Source of the DNA: Actinomycetes bacterium
GTDB lineage: Bacteria; Actinomycetota; Thermoleophilia; BMS3ABIN01
Assembly: GCA_024276735.1 (NCBI GenBank)
Contig: JAJRWQ010000042.1
Location: forward strand, 4,563 to 68,562
Length of the DNA stretch: 64,000 bases
Reading direction: 5' to 3'
Made by a program: the position numbers and the translations under genes. The notes beneath the pieces were generated by a model, which did not search any database, had not been told where the DNA came from, and saw nothing but the letters and a program-made list of their open reading frames with translations. Of the stretch, positions 56,577 to 64,000 are shown piece by piece (position 1 is the first letter of the stretch; every line of letters starts with the position of its first letter).

Positions 56577-56907
56577 CATAGTGGCGGGAAGGAGCGGGGC
56601 GGGGGTCATCCTCGCCGACGACGAGTTCGTGGCCATCCACGACAAGTACCCCAAGGCGCCGGTGCACGCCCTGGTGATACCGCGGCGGCACCTGGTCTCG
56701 CTGGCCGAGATCGGCGACCTGGACGCGGGCTACTGCCAGCGCATGCTGGAGTTCGTGCTGGCAACCGCCCGCGAACTGGGGGTGTCGGACCCCGGCTACC
56801 GGGTAATAACCAACGTAGGCCGGGGCGGGGGACAGGTCATCTTCCATCTTCACTGGCACCTGCTGGCGGGAAGGTCGGTGGGATTCGACATCGAGGAGGA
56901 ACTGTGA
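56551..56907 (+). CDS. HIT-family (histidine triad) hydrolase
   Basis: CLFCDIV... and HLHWHLL histidine triad. Confidence 0.75.
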   Translation: MSSRCLFCDIVAGRSGAGVILADDEFVAIHDKYPKAPVHALVIPRRHLVSLAEIGDLDAGYCQRMLEFVLATARELGVSDPGYRVITNVGRGGGQVIFHLHWHLLAGRSVGFDIEEEL

Positions 56908-57359
56908 GCATCACCGGTCGCATCAAGGAGGACATGACGGCGGCGATGAAGGCGGGCGACCGCGAGCGTGCCGCGGCCCTGAGAATGATACTCAGCGGCC
57001 TGCAGCTGGCTGCTAAGGAGGCCGACGGGGAGTTCGGCGAGGCGGAAGAGGCGAAGGTGCTCGCCGCCGAGAAGAAGCGCCGCCTGCAGGCGGCGGAGGC
57101 GTTCCGCGAGGGGGGCCGCGAGGAGCGGGCCGCCGCCGAGGAGGAAGAGGCGCGCCTCATCGAGGAATACCTGCCGCAGCAGCTGAGCGAGGCCGAGCTG
57201 GGCGAGATCGTCGATGCCGTGATCGCCGATACCGGCGCCGCCGGCATGAAGGACATGGGACGGGTGATGTCGGAGGTGATGGCGCGCGCCGCCGGCCGCG
57301 CCGACGGCAAGGCGGCCAGCGAGATGGTGCGCAGCCGCCTGGCCGGTGGTGGGAGCTGA
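56904..57359 (+). CDS. GatB/YqeY-domain protein
   Basis: IKEDMTAAMKAGDRERAAALRMILSGLQ matches the YqeY N-terminus. GAGGAGG RBS. GTGA overlap with the HIT gene. Confidence 0.7.
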   Translation: MSITGRIKEDMTAAMKAGDRERAAALRMILSGLQLAAKEADGEFGEAEEAKVLAAEKKRRLQAAEAFREGGREERAAAEEEEARLIEEYLPQQLSEAELGEIVDAVIADTGAAGMKDMGRVMSEVMARAAGRADGKAASEMVRSRLAGGGS

Positions 57360-57391
57360 CGGCGGGCGTCCCAGGGAAGGCGGTCGAGGCG

Positions 57392-58336
57392 ATGAAAAAG
57401 GCGCTCGAGATAGACAATGACATCATGGCCGATCTCGCGGGCGAGCTGGACGCCAACATCAGGGCCCTGGAGGAGCGCCTGGGCTGCGAGGTGAGCGTCC
57501 GCGGCAACGTGGTGACGCTCGAGGGAGAAAAGGAGGCCGTGGACCGCGGCAGCGCCGTGGTGGGCGAGCTGGTGGAGCTCATCGCCGCCGGGCACGTGGT
57601 GGACACCGAGACCATCGCCTCGGTGGGGGCGATGGTGGAAGAGGCGACCTGCAAGCCCTCGCAGGTGTTCGGCGACGTGGTCTGGGAGCACCGCGGCCGC
57701 CGGATCGTCCCCAAGACGCTCAACCAGAAACGCTACGTGGACGCCATCCGCCGCCACAGCATTACCTTTGCCATCGGTCCCGCCGGCACCGGCAAGACCT
57801 ACCTGGCGCTGGCGCTGGCGGTGAGCGAGCTCCTGGGGAAGAAGGTCAACCGCATCATTCTCACCCGGCCGGCGGTGGAGGCGGGGGAGAAGATCGGTTT
57901 CCTGCCGGGGACGATGCTGGAGAAGGTCGATCCCTACCTGCGGCCCCTCTACGACGCCCTCTACGACATGGTGGAGCCCGACCGGCTGACGGCGCTGATG
58001 GAGCGGGGCGCCATCGAGGTGGCGCCGCTGGCCTTCATGCGGGGGCGCACCCTCAACGATTCCTTCATCATTCTCGACGAGGCCCAGAACACCAGCCCCG
58101 AGCAGATGAAGATGTTTCTCACCCGCCTCGGTTTCGGCTCGCGCATGGTGGTGACCGGTGACGTCACCCAGGTGGATCTTCCCGACGCGCGTTTCTCCGG
58201 GCTGGTGAGCGTGGTGGACATTCTCGGCGGTGTTTCCGACATCGCCTTCATCAACTTCGAAAGCAAGGACGTGGTGCGCCACAAGCTGGTGCAAAAGATA
58301 GTGGCCGCTTACAAGAAGTATACCGGCGGCGATTGA
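57392..58336 (+). CDS. phoH: PhoH-family ATPase
   Basis: AIGPAGTGKTYLA Walker A and PhoH C-domain. Confidence 0.9.
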   Translation: MKKALEIDNDIMADLAGELDANIRALEERLGCEVSVRGNVVTLEGEKEAVDRGSAVVGELVELIAAGHVVDTETIASVGAMVEEATCKPSQVFGDVVWEHRGRRIVPKTLNQKRYVDAIRRHSITFAIGPAGTGKTYLALALAVSELLGKKVNRIILTRPAVEAGEKIGFLPGTMLEKVDPYLRPLYDALYDMVEPDRLTALMERGAIEVAPLAFMRGRTLNDSFIILDEAQNTSPEQMKMFLTRLGFGSRMVVTGDVTQVDLPDARFSGLVSVVDILGGVSDIAFINFESKDVVRHKLVQKIVAAYKKYTGGD

Positions 58337-60537
58337 GGACGGCGGGCGTGAGCGAAAAGAAACATCACCTGCGCGGCGGCGTGAACGTGGTCAAGAAACT
58401 TTCCCGGAAAGTGGATACCCGCGTATTCGGCATCCTGCTGGTGCTGTTTACCTTCCTGGCGACATGGGCGCTGCTGGCCAGCGTGTACCTGCCGGCGCGT
58501 TACGACCTCCAGGTGGGTGACGTCTCCCCGGAGCTGATCACCGCTCCCCGCACGCTGACCTTCGAGAACCAGGAGGAAACCGAGCGCCGCCGCCAGCAGG
58601 CCCGCGACGAGGTTACCGAGGTTTACGTCTTCGACGCGGAGATCCTGCCGCGGGTGAGTAACAACATCAACGAGTACTTCCAGGAGATCGGCCGCCTGGC
58701 GACGGCGGAGAGGCAGGCGGCGGAAGCGGAGTCCCGTCCCTTCGATCCCGGCAAGGTGGCGTCCGCCGTGAAGAAGATGGAGGGCCTGCCGGACATCGAC
58801 GAGGATACCACGGCCATGCTGGCGGGGCTCCCTCCGGAGAGGCTGGAAGCGATGCGCCAGGCGGTACTGGGAGGCGTGCAGCGCATCCTCGAGGGTAACG
58901 TCACCCAGGACACGCTGGAGACCGACCGCGCCCGCCTGGAGGCGGTGATATCGACGACGCCGCTGTCCGCGGAGGAAAAGCAGGCGGCCGCCGTGGTGGG
59001 CGGCGCCTTCCTGGAGCCCAACTACAAGAAGGACCAGGAGAAGACCGCCAAGGCCAAGGAGGAGGCCGCCTCCAAGGTGCAGCCGGTGGTGGTGACCGTG
59101 CGCAGTGGCGAGACCATCCTCTCGCCGGGCGAGGTGGTGACCGCGGAGAAGCAGGCCGTGCTGGAGGCCCTGGGGCTCACCAGCGCCCAGGAGAAGTACG
59201 GCGCCATCGCCGCCATCGGCCTGCTGCTGGCGATCGAGGGCCTGCTGCTGGTGCTCTACATCATCGCCTTCGAGAGGCGGGTGTTCGGCTCGCACGCGCT
59301 GCAGTTCATCACCGCCAGCCTGCTGGTGCTGTTCGCCATCCTCGACCGCGTGTCGGTGATTCCACCGCTGACGCCGCTGCTGGTTCCCATGGCTGCCCTG
59401 GGCATCCTGGCCTCGATACTGCTGCAGACGCGGCTGGCGATGATCCTGGTGGTGATCTCCAGCTCCAACCTGGTGATCGTGGGCGGCTTCGAGTCGCAGT
59501 ACCTGCTGGTGGCGCTGTTCGGCGGGCTCACCGGCGTTTTCCTGGCCACCAACGTCACCCAGCGGCGTGACCTGCTGCGGGCGGGCCTGGCCGCGGGCGC
59601 GGTGGTCACCATCACCGCCGCCGGCGCCGGCCTGCTGGTGGACAGCTCCACCCGGCACCTGGTGGAAAGTGCCCTCTGGGGCACCGCCAACGGCATCCTG
59701 GTGATCATCGTCTCCATGGGCCTGCTCTCCGTCTACGACATGGTCTTCAACCTGCCCACCCCCTTCAAGCTGCTGGAGCTGGCGGATCCCACCCGCCCCA
59801 TCCTCAAGGAGCTGATGATGCGGGCCCCCGGGACGTACAACCACAGCATCATCATGGGCAACATCGCCGAGTCGGCCGCCGAGGCCATCGGCGCCAACCC
59901 GCTGCTGGCCCGCGTGGGCGCCTATTACCACGACATCGGCAAGCTCAGCCGCCCCGACTACTTCATCGAGAACCAGTTTCACGTCAAGAACCCCCACGAC
60001 CGGTTGACGCCCAACCTCTCGCGGCTGGCGATCACCGCCCACGTGCGCGACGGGGTGAAGCTGGCCCACGAGGAGGGGCTGCCCGCGGAGATCATCGACA
60101 TCATCGAGGAGCACCACGGCACCACGGTGCTGTCGTACTTCTACCACAAGGCGCGACAGGCGGAGCCGGTGGGGCACGTGGAGGAAGAGGATTACCGCTA
60201 TGCCGGCAAGAAGCCGGCCTCGCGTGAGGCGGCGATCATCATGCTGGCGGACTCGGTGGAGGCGGCGGTACGGTCGCTCGCCAACCCCAGCATCAGGAAC
60301 ATCAAGAACATGATTCGCAACATCTTCGAGCAGCGGCTGCGCGACGGCCAGCTCAGCGAGAGCCGGATGACCTTCGGCGACCTGGAGAAGGTCCGCCTGG
60401 TGTTCGAGAAGAGCCTCAAGGGATTCGGCGCCACCCGGATAGCCTACCCGGCGGAGGTGGTGGCCGCCGCGGAAGCGGAGCGCCGGGGCCAGTCCCGCTC
60501 GCAGGGGGGCGGCCCCGCCGGTGAGGGCGGGCGATGA
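58333..60537 (+). CDS. 7TM-receptor-HD (7TMR-HDED) membrane phosphohydrolase, YqfF/PgpH-like
   Basis: Extracellular domain, 7 TM helices, and HD domain YYHDIGKLSRP...HHGT. Confidence 0.85.
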   Translation: MRTAGVSEKKHHLRGGVNVVKKLSRKVDTRVFGILLVLFTFLATWALLASVYLPARYDLQVGDVSPELITAPRTLTFENQEETERRRQQARDEVTEVYVFDAEILPRVSNNINEYFQEIGRLATAERQAAEAESRPFDPGKVASAVKKMEGLPDIDEDTTAMLAGLPPERLEAMRQAVLGGVQRILEGNVTQDTLETDRARLEAVISTTPLSAEEKQAAAVVGGAFLEPNYKKDQEKTAKAKEEAASKVQPVVVTVRSGETILSPGEVVTAEKQAVLEALGLTSAQEKYGAIAAIGLLLAIEGLLLVLYIIAFERRVFGSHALQFITASLLVLFAILDRVSVIPPLTPLLVPMAALGILASILLQTRLAMILVVISSSNLVIVGGFESQYLLVALFGGLTGVFLATNVTQRRDLLRAGLAAGAVVTITAAGAGLLVDSSTRHLVESALWGTANGILVIIVSMGLLSVYDMVFNLPTPFKLLELADPTRPILKELMMRAPGTYNHSIIMGNIAESAAEAIGANPLLARVGAYYHDIGKLSRPDYFIENQFHVKNPHDRLTPNLSRLAITAHVRDGVKLAHEEGLPAEIIDIIEEHHGTTVLSYFYHKARQAEPVGHVEEEDYRYAGKKPASREAAIIMLADSVEAAVRSLANPSIRNIKNMIRNIFEQRLRDGQLSESRMTFGDLEKVRLVFEKSLKGFGATRIAYPAEVVAAAEAERRGQSRSQGGGPAGEGGR

Positions 60538-61001
60538 GCCGGGTGACGGTGGAGATCGAGAACCGCTCCTCGCTCCCGCTGGACACCGGGGCCCTCGCCG
60601 GCACGGCCGAGCGCATTCTCGCCGCCGTGGGCATCGACGGCGGCGAGCTGGGGCTGATATTCGTGGGCGAGCAGGAGATGGAGAGCCTGAACCGCCGCCA
60701 CATGGGCCGCGAGGGGGTCACCGACGTGCTGGCTTTTCCCATCGACGCCCCCGAGGCCGGCGGCACCGGGGGAGAGGCGCCGCTGCTCCTGGGAGACGTA
60801 ATCATCTGCCCCGAGGTCGCCGCCGCACAGGCGGCGGGCGCGGGAGAGACGACGGCGCGGGAGCTCTGCCTGCTGTTGGTGCACGGCATCCTTCATCTCA
60901 CCGGCGCCGACCACGAGCGCGACCAGGGCGAGATGGAGGCGACGCAGCGACGGCTCTTCGAACAGGAGTGCCGCCGGTACGGCGAGGCAGCCGGCGAATG
61001 A
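60534..61001 (+). CDS. ybeY: rRNA maturation endoribonuclease YbeY
   Basis: HGILHLTGADHE zinc-binding motif. Confidence 0.9.
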   Translation: MSRVTVEIENRSSLPLDTGALAGTAERILAAVGIDGGELGLIFVGEQEMESLNRRHMGREGVTDVLAFPIDAPEAGGTGGEAPLLLGDVIICPEVAAAQAAGAGETTARELCLLLVHGILHLTGADHERDQGEMEATQRRLFEQECRRYGEAAGE

Positions 61002-61029
61002 CCGGGCCGCGGAAAACGGATGGCGGAAA

Positions 61030-61740
61030 TTGTATCGGCGCAACACGCTGAAAAGCTTCACCTGGGCCTTCGAGGGCATAGTCTACGTGCTGCGCACCCA
61101 GCGCAACATGAAGATCCACTTCGCCGTGGCCCTGGCGGTGATCATCGGCAGCCTCTTCTTCGAGCTTTCCCGCTCGGAGATGGCGGTGCTGCTGATCTCC
61201 ATCGCCTTCGTGCTGGTGATGGAGATGATAAACACCGCCGTGGAGGCGGCGATCGATACCTTCGGTACCGCCTTCGACCCCATGGCCAAGATCGCCAAGG
61301 ACGTGGCGGCGGGGGCGGTGCTGATCGCCGCCGTGAACGCCCTCGCCGTGGGCTACCTGGTCTTCTTCGACCGTATCGCCGAGCCCTCGCGGGTGATGGT
61401 CCAGAACGTGCGGCAGTCGCCCATGCACCTCTCGGTGATCGCCCTGGTGGCGGTGGTGCTGCTGGCGATCGTCTCCAAGGCGCTGCTCCACCGGGGAACG
61501 CCCTTCCACGGCGGCATGCCCTCGGGGCACAGCGCGGTGGCCTTCGCCGGCTGGACGGCGATCACCTACATCTCGGCGCCGCTGCAGTACGGGATCCTCA
61601 TCTCCATCCTGGCGTTCCTGATGGCGGTGCTGGTGGCCCAGAGCCGCGTGGAGTCGGGGATCCATTCCTTCATGGAGGTATTCCTGGGGGCGCTGCTGGG
61701 GATCCTGGTGACGACCATCTTCTTCCAGCTCTGGGGCTGA
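61030..61740 (+). CDS. dgkA: diacylglycerol/undecaprenol kinase (DgkA) fused to a PAP2-family lipid phosphatase domain
   Basis: N part KSFTWAFEGIVYVLRTQRNMKIH and EMINTAVE are DgkA motifs. C part has PAP2 motifs PSGHSAVAFA and SRVESGIHS. TTG start. Confidence 0.75.
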   Translation: MYRRNTLKSFTWAFEGIVYVLRTQRNMKIHFAVALAVIIGSLFFELSRSEMAVLLISIAFVLVMEMINTAVEAAIDTFGTAFDPMAKIAKDVAAGAVLIAAVNALAVGYLVFFDRIAEPSRVMVQNVRQSPMHLSVIALVAVVLLAIVSKALLHRGTPFHGGMPSGHSAVAFAGWTAITYISAPLQYGILISILAFLMAVLVAQSRVESGIHSFMEVFLGALLGILVTTIFFQLWG

Positions 61741-61798
61741 GCAGGACGCCCCGGGCGCCCCGGGGCCGGTGCGGCACGAAGGGTGAAGGAGGAAAGAG

Positions 61799-62137
61799 AT
61801 GCGCATAGATGCCTACAGCTTCGGCAAGATCGTGGTGGACGGCGAAAGCTACCAAAGCGACGTGATCGTCTTTCCGGACCGGGTGATGCCCCACTGGCGG
61901 CGGCGGCAGGGGCACAGCCTGTGCCTGGAGGATCTTGCCGCCGTGCTCGATTTCCGGCCGCGGCTGCTGATCCTGGGCACCGGCGCCATGGGGGCGATGC
62001 GGGTGCCGGCGGAGACGCTGGCGGCCCTGGGCGAGCGGGGCATGGAGGTGGTGGCGGCGAAGACCTCGCTGGCCGTGGAACGTTTCAACCGCGAGGCGGA
62101 CGCCGCCACGGTGGCGGCGCTGCACCTCACCTGTTGA
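61799..62137 (+). CDS. Mth938-like domain protein (DUF498 family)
   Basis: AYSFGKIVVDGESYQSDVIVFPDRV...RPRLLILGTG pattern. GGAGG RBS. Confidence 0.55.
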   Translation: MRIDAYSFGKIVVDGESYQSDVIVFPDRVMPHWRRRQGHSLCLEDLAAVLDFRPRLLILGTGAMGAMRVPAETLAALGERGMEVVAAKTSLAVERFNREADAATVAALHLTC

Positions 62138-62186
62138 CCCGGGTGCCGGCCTGCCCGGGAAAAATGACCGCCGCGGGAGTGGTTGC

Positions 62187-62645
62187 GTGCTCGAAGTGAG
62201 GCTCCTGGAGAACCTGGACGCGGAAATGCTCGATCGCCTTTGCCGGTACGGGGAAGAATCCCTGGGCGGGGCGGCGCCGGGAAGCTGGATGCTGCCGGTG
62301 ATTGCTGCCTGGGGCATGCTGTTCGTGGCCGAGGCGGACGGCGAGATCGTGGGATCGGCCCAGGTTTTTCGTTGCCGCCAGGACGGCGATGCCTACATGG
62401 ATGCCTTCTACGTGCGGCCCCGGTTCCGCCGGCGCGGCTACGGGGCGGCGCTGCTGGCGGCGGTGAAAGGGCGGCTCGCCGGCGTCGGCCTCTCGCGCCT
62501 GCTGGTGACGCTGGATCCCGCCAACGCGGCGGCGGCAGCTCTCTATGAAGCTGCCGGTTTCCGGGAGGTGGAGTCACTGCCCTCTTTTTACGGCCGGGGC
62601 CGCGACCGCCTGCTGCTGGCGGCCGGTCTGGGGGAGGAACGGTGA
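62187..62645 (+). CDS. GNAT-family N-acetyltransferase
   Basis: RRRGYGAALLAAV acetyl-CoA binding motif. Confidence 0.7.
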   Translation: MLEVRLLENLDAEMLDRLCRYGEESLGGAAPGSWMLPVIAAWGMLFVAEADGEIVGSAQVFRCRQDGDAYMDAFYVRPRFRRRGYGAALLAAVKGRLAGVGLSRLLVTLDPANAAAAALYEAAGFREVESLPSFYGRGRDRLLLAAGLGEER

Positions 62646-63544
62646 AGCCGGGCCCGGAAGAGGAGTTTCGCTCGGCGTTCGTCGCCGTGGTGGGCAGGCC
62701 CAACGTGGGCAAGTCGACGCTGGTCAACGCCCTGGTGGGCAGGAAAGTGGCCATCACCTCGCCGACGCCGCAGACCACCAGGCACCGGATCGCCGGCATC
62801 GTCAATCGCCCGGGCCTGCAGCTGGTGCTGCTGGACCTGCCGGGGTTCCAGCGCCCGCTGGACCTGCTCACCCGCAGGATGCAGAGGGCGGTGGACGAGA
62901 CCCTGGGAGAGGTGGACCAGATCTGGCTGATGCTCAACGCCGCCGAGCGCATCGGCCCGGGTGATCGTTACGTGGCCGCGCGCTCCTTCGCCGCCGGCAC
63001 CCCGGTCATCATCGTTCTCAACAAGGTCGACCTGGTGCCCCGGCCGAAGCTGCTGCCGCAGATGGAACAGGCGGCGTCGCTGGGCGATTTCCACGAGCTG
63101 TTTCCCGTGAGCGCCCTCGAGGGGGAGGGGCTTTCCGGGCTGCTGGAGGCAGCGGCGGCGCTGGCGGAACCGGGCCCCCGTTACTTTCCCGAGGATGCCG
63201 CCAGCGACCAGCCGGAGCGGGTGCTGGCGGCGGAGCTGGTAAGGGAACAGGTGCTGAGGCTCACCCGCGAGGAGGTGCCGCACTCGGTGGCGGTCTACGT
63301 GGAGTCCATGGAGCCGCGCCGCGGCGGCGAGCTGCTGGTGGTGCGCGCGGTGATCATCGTGGAGCGCCAGTCGCAAAAGGGCATCATCGTGGGCCGGAAG
63401 GGGTCGATGATCAAGGAGATCGGCAGCCGGGCCCGGCGGGAGATGGAGCTGCTGCTGGGGTCGAAAGTGTTCCTGGACCTGACGGTCAAGGTACGCCGCA
63501 AGTGGCGCGAAGACGCCCGGCGCCTGGACGAGCTGGGCCTGTGA
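62642..63544 (+). CDS. era: GTPase Era
   Basis: G1 GRPNVGKST, G3 DLPG, G4 NKVD, and C-terminal KH domain. Confidence 0.9.
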   Translation: MKPGPEEEFRSAFVAVVGRPNVGKSTLVNALVGRKVAITSPTPQTTRHRIAGIVNRPGLQLVLLDLPGFQRPLDLLTRRMQRAVDETLGEVDQIWLMLNAAERIGPGDRYVAARSFAAGTPVIIVLNKVDLVPRPKLLPQMEQAASLGDFHELFPVSALEGEGLSGLLEAAAALAEPGPRYFPEDAASDQPERVLAAELVREQVLRLTREEVPHSVAVYVESMEPRRGGELLVVRAVIIVERQSQKGIIVGRKGSMIKEIGSRARREMELLLGSKVFLDLTVKVRRKWREDARRLDELGL

Positions 63545-63617
63545 GCAGCGTCTTGACCACCGTGATACTATTGACGCGGAGATACGCGGATATCACGGAT
63601 GAAGACGGAGGTCATGC

Positions 63618-64000
63618 ATGGCGTTGCGCTTCGAGGAGCTGGCGAAAACCATCGACCACACCCTGCTGAGACCCGACGCCACCCAGGCGGACATCGAGCA
63701 GCTGTGCGAGGAGGCGAAGGAAAACCACTTCGCCACCGTGTGCGTCAACCCCGCCTGGGTGCCGCTGGCGGCGCGGCTGCTCAAGGGCTTCGACAGCAAG
63801 GTGTGCACGGTGGTCTCCTTTCCCTTGGGCGCCGACCTGGCTCCCACCAAGATCAAGGCGGCCGAGAACGCGGTGGGCGCCGGCGCCGACGAGGTGGAGT
63901 TCGTGATCAACATCGGGGCCATGCTCTCGGGAAATTTCAAGCTGGTGCGCGACGAGATCGCCGCGGTGGTGCGTGCCGTGCGCATGAAGAGCGTCAACGT
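63618..64000 (+). CDS. deoC: deoxyribose-phosphate aldolase, N-terminal part (3' end outside window)
   Basis: MALRFEELAKTIDHTLLRPDATQADIEQL...FATVCVNP...VCTVVSFPLG. GGAGG lies 6 nt before the ATG. The ORF is open to the window end, which is why it is missing from the ORF track. Confidence 0.8.
   Translation, partial: MALRFEELAKTIDHTLLRPDATQADIEQLCEEAKENHFATVCVNPAWVPLAARLLKGFDSKVCTVVSFPLGADLAPTKIKAAENAVGAGADEVEFVINIGAMLSGNFKLVRDEIAAVVRAVRMKSVN

Noticed and set aside
1-64000. Scan for tRNA, rRNA, CRISPR arrays, IS elements and integrases.
   Set aside because: No cloverleaf-like conserved boxes, no direct-repeat arrays and no transposase or integrase-like ORFs were seen. The only repeats are the three paralogous gene sets, which are divergent at the DNA level.

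Overview
This window is a high-GC (~68%) bacterial chromosome segment. The gene content (sortase-type C-terminal sorting signals, a phoH-yqfF-ybeY-dgkA-era block, hrcA-dnaJ) suggests a Gram-positive-type anaerobe.

Positions 1-25381 hold a near-complete Wood-Ljungdahl (reductive acetyl-CoA) cluster. It contains a RACo-like corrinoid activator (partial), cooC/acsF, folD, acsD, acsA (CODH), acsB (ACS), acsC, metV, metF, acsE, a degenerate NuoE/NuoF-like fusion, nfnA/nfnB-like genes and a very large selenocysteine (in-frame TGA plus SECIS-like hairpin) formate dehydrogenase fused to a GltD/NfnB-like NAD(P)H module. A GltD-[4Fe-4S]x2-MvhD fusion gene in this cluster carries an in-frame TAG. The cluster is interrupted between folD and acsD by three tandem paralogous secreted proteins with an unusual MPXTG-type sorting signal and by a Cys-less DsrC/TusE-like gene.

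Positions 25443-43707 are a Wzx/Wzy-type polysaccharide locus behind a strong sigma70-like promoter. It contains a priming phosphoglycosyltransferase, two Wzx flippases, two O-antigen-ligase/Wzy-like proteins, Wzz, GT2, GT4 (one copy with an in-frame TAA), an acetyltransferase, a methyltransferase, and three paralogous alkaline-phosphatase-superfamily (PF01663-like) proteins translationally coupled to the flippase, polymerase and GT genes.

A GEMM-I-like c-di-GMP riboswitch precedes a large secreted FN3-containing protein (44011-45810).

The most unusual element is a minus-strand operon at 45847-51027. It encodes an HprK-like P-loop kinase, a PqqD/RRE (lasso B1-like) protein, a lasso-B2-like transglutaminase-fold cysteine protease, a DUF2079 polytopic membrane protein and a PF14907 nucleotidyltransferase. 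It has lasso-peptide tailoring and leader-processing parts but no lasso cyclase and no recognisable precursor gene.

The remainder (51084-64000) is housekeeping: hemW, hrcA, dnaJ, rsmE, mtaB, HIT, yqeY, phoH, a 7TMR-HD protein, ybeY, a DgkA-PAP2 fusion, an Mth938-like protein, a GNAT, era and deoC (partial).

Many long antisense or overlapping ORFs in the six-frame track are high-GC artefacts and are not reported as features.
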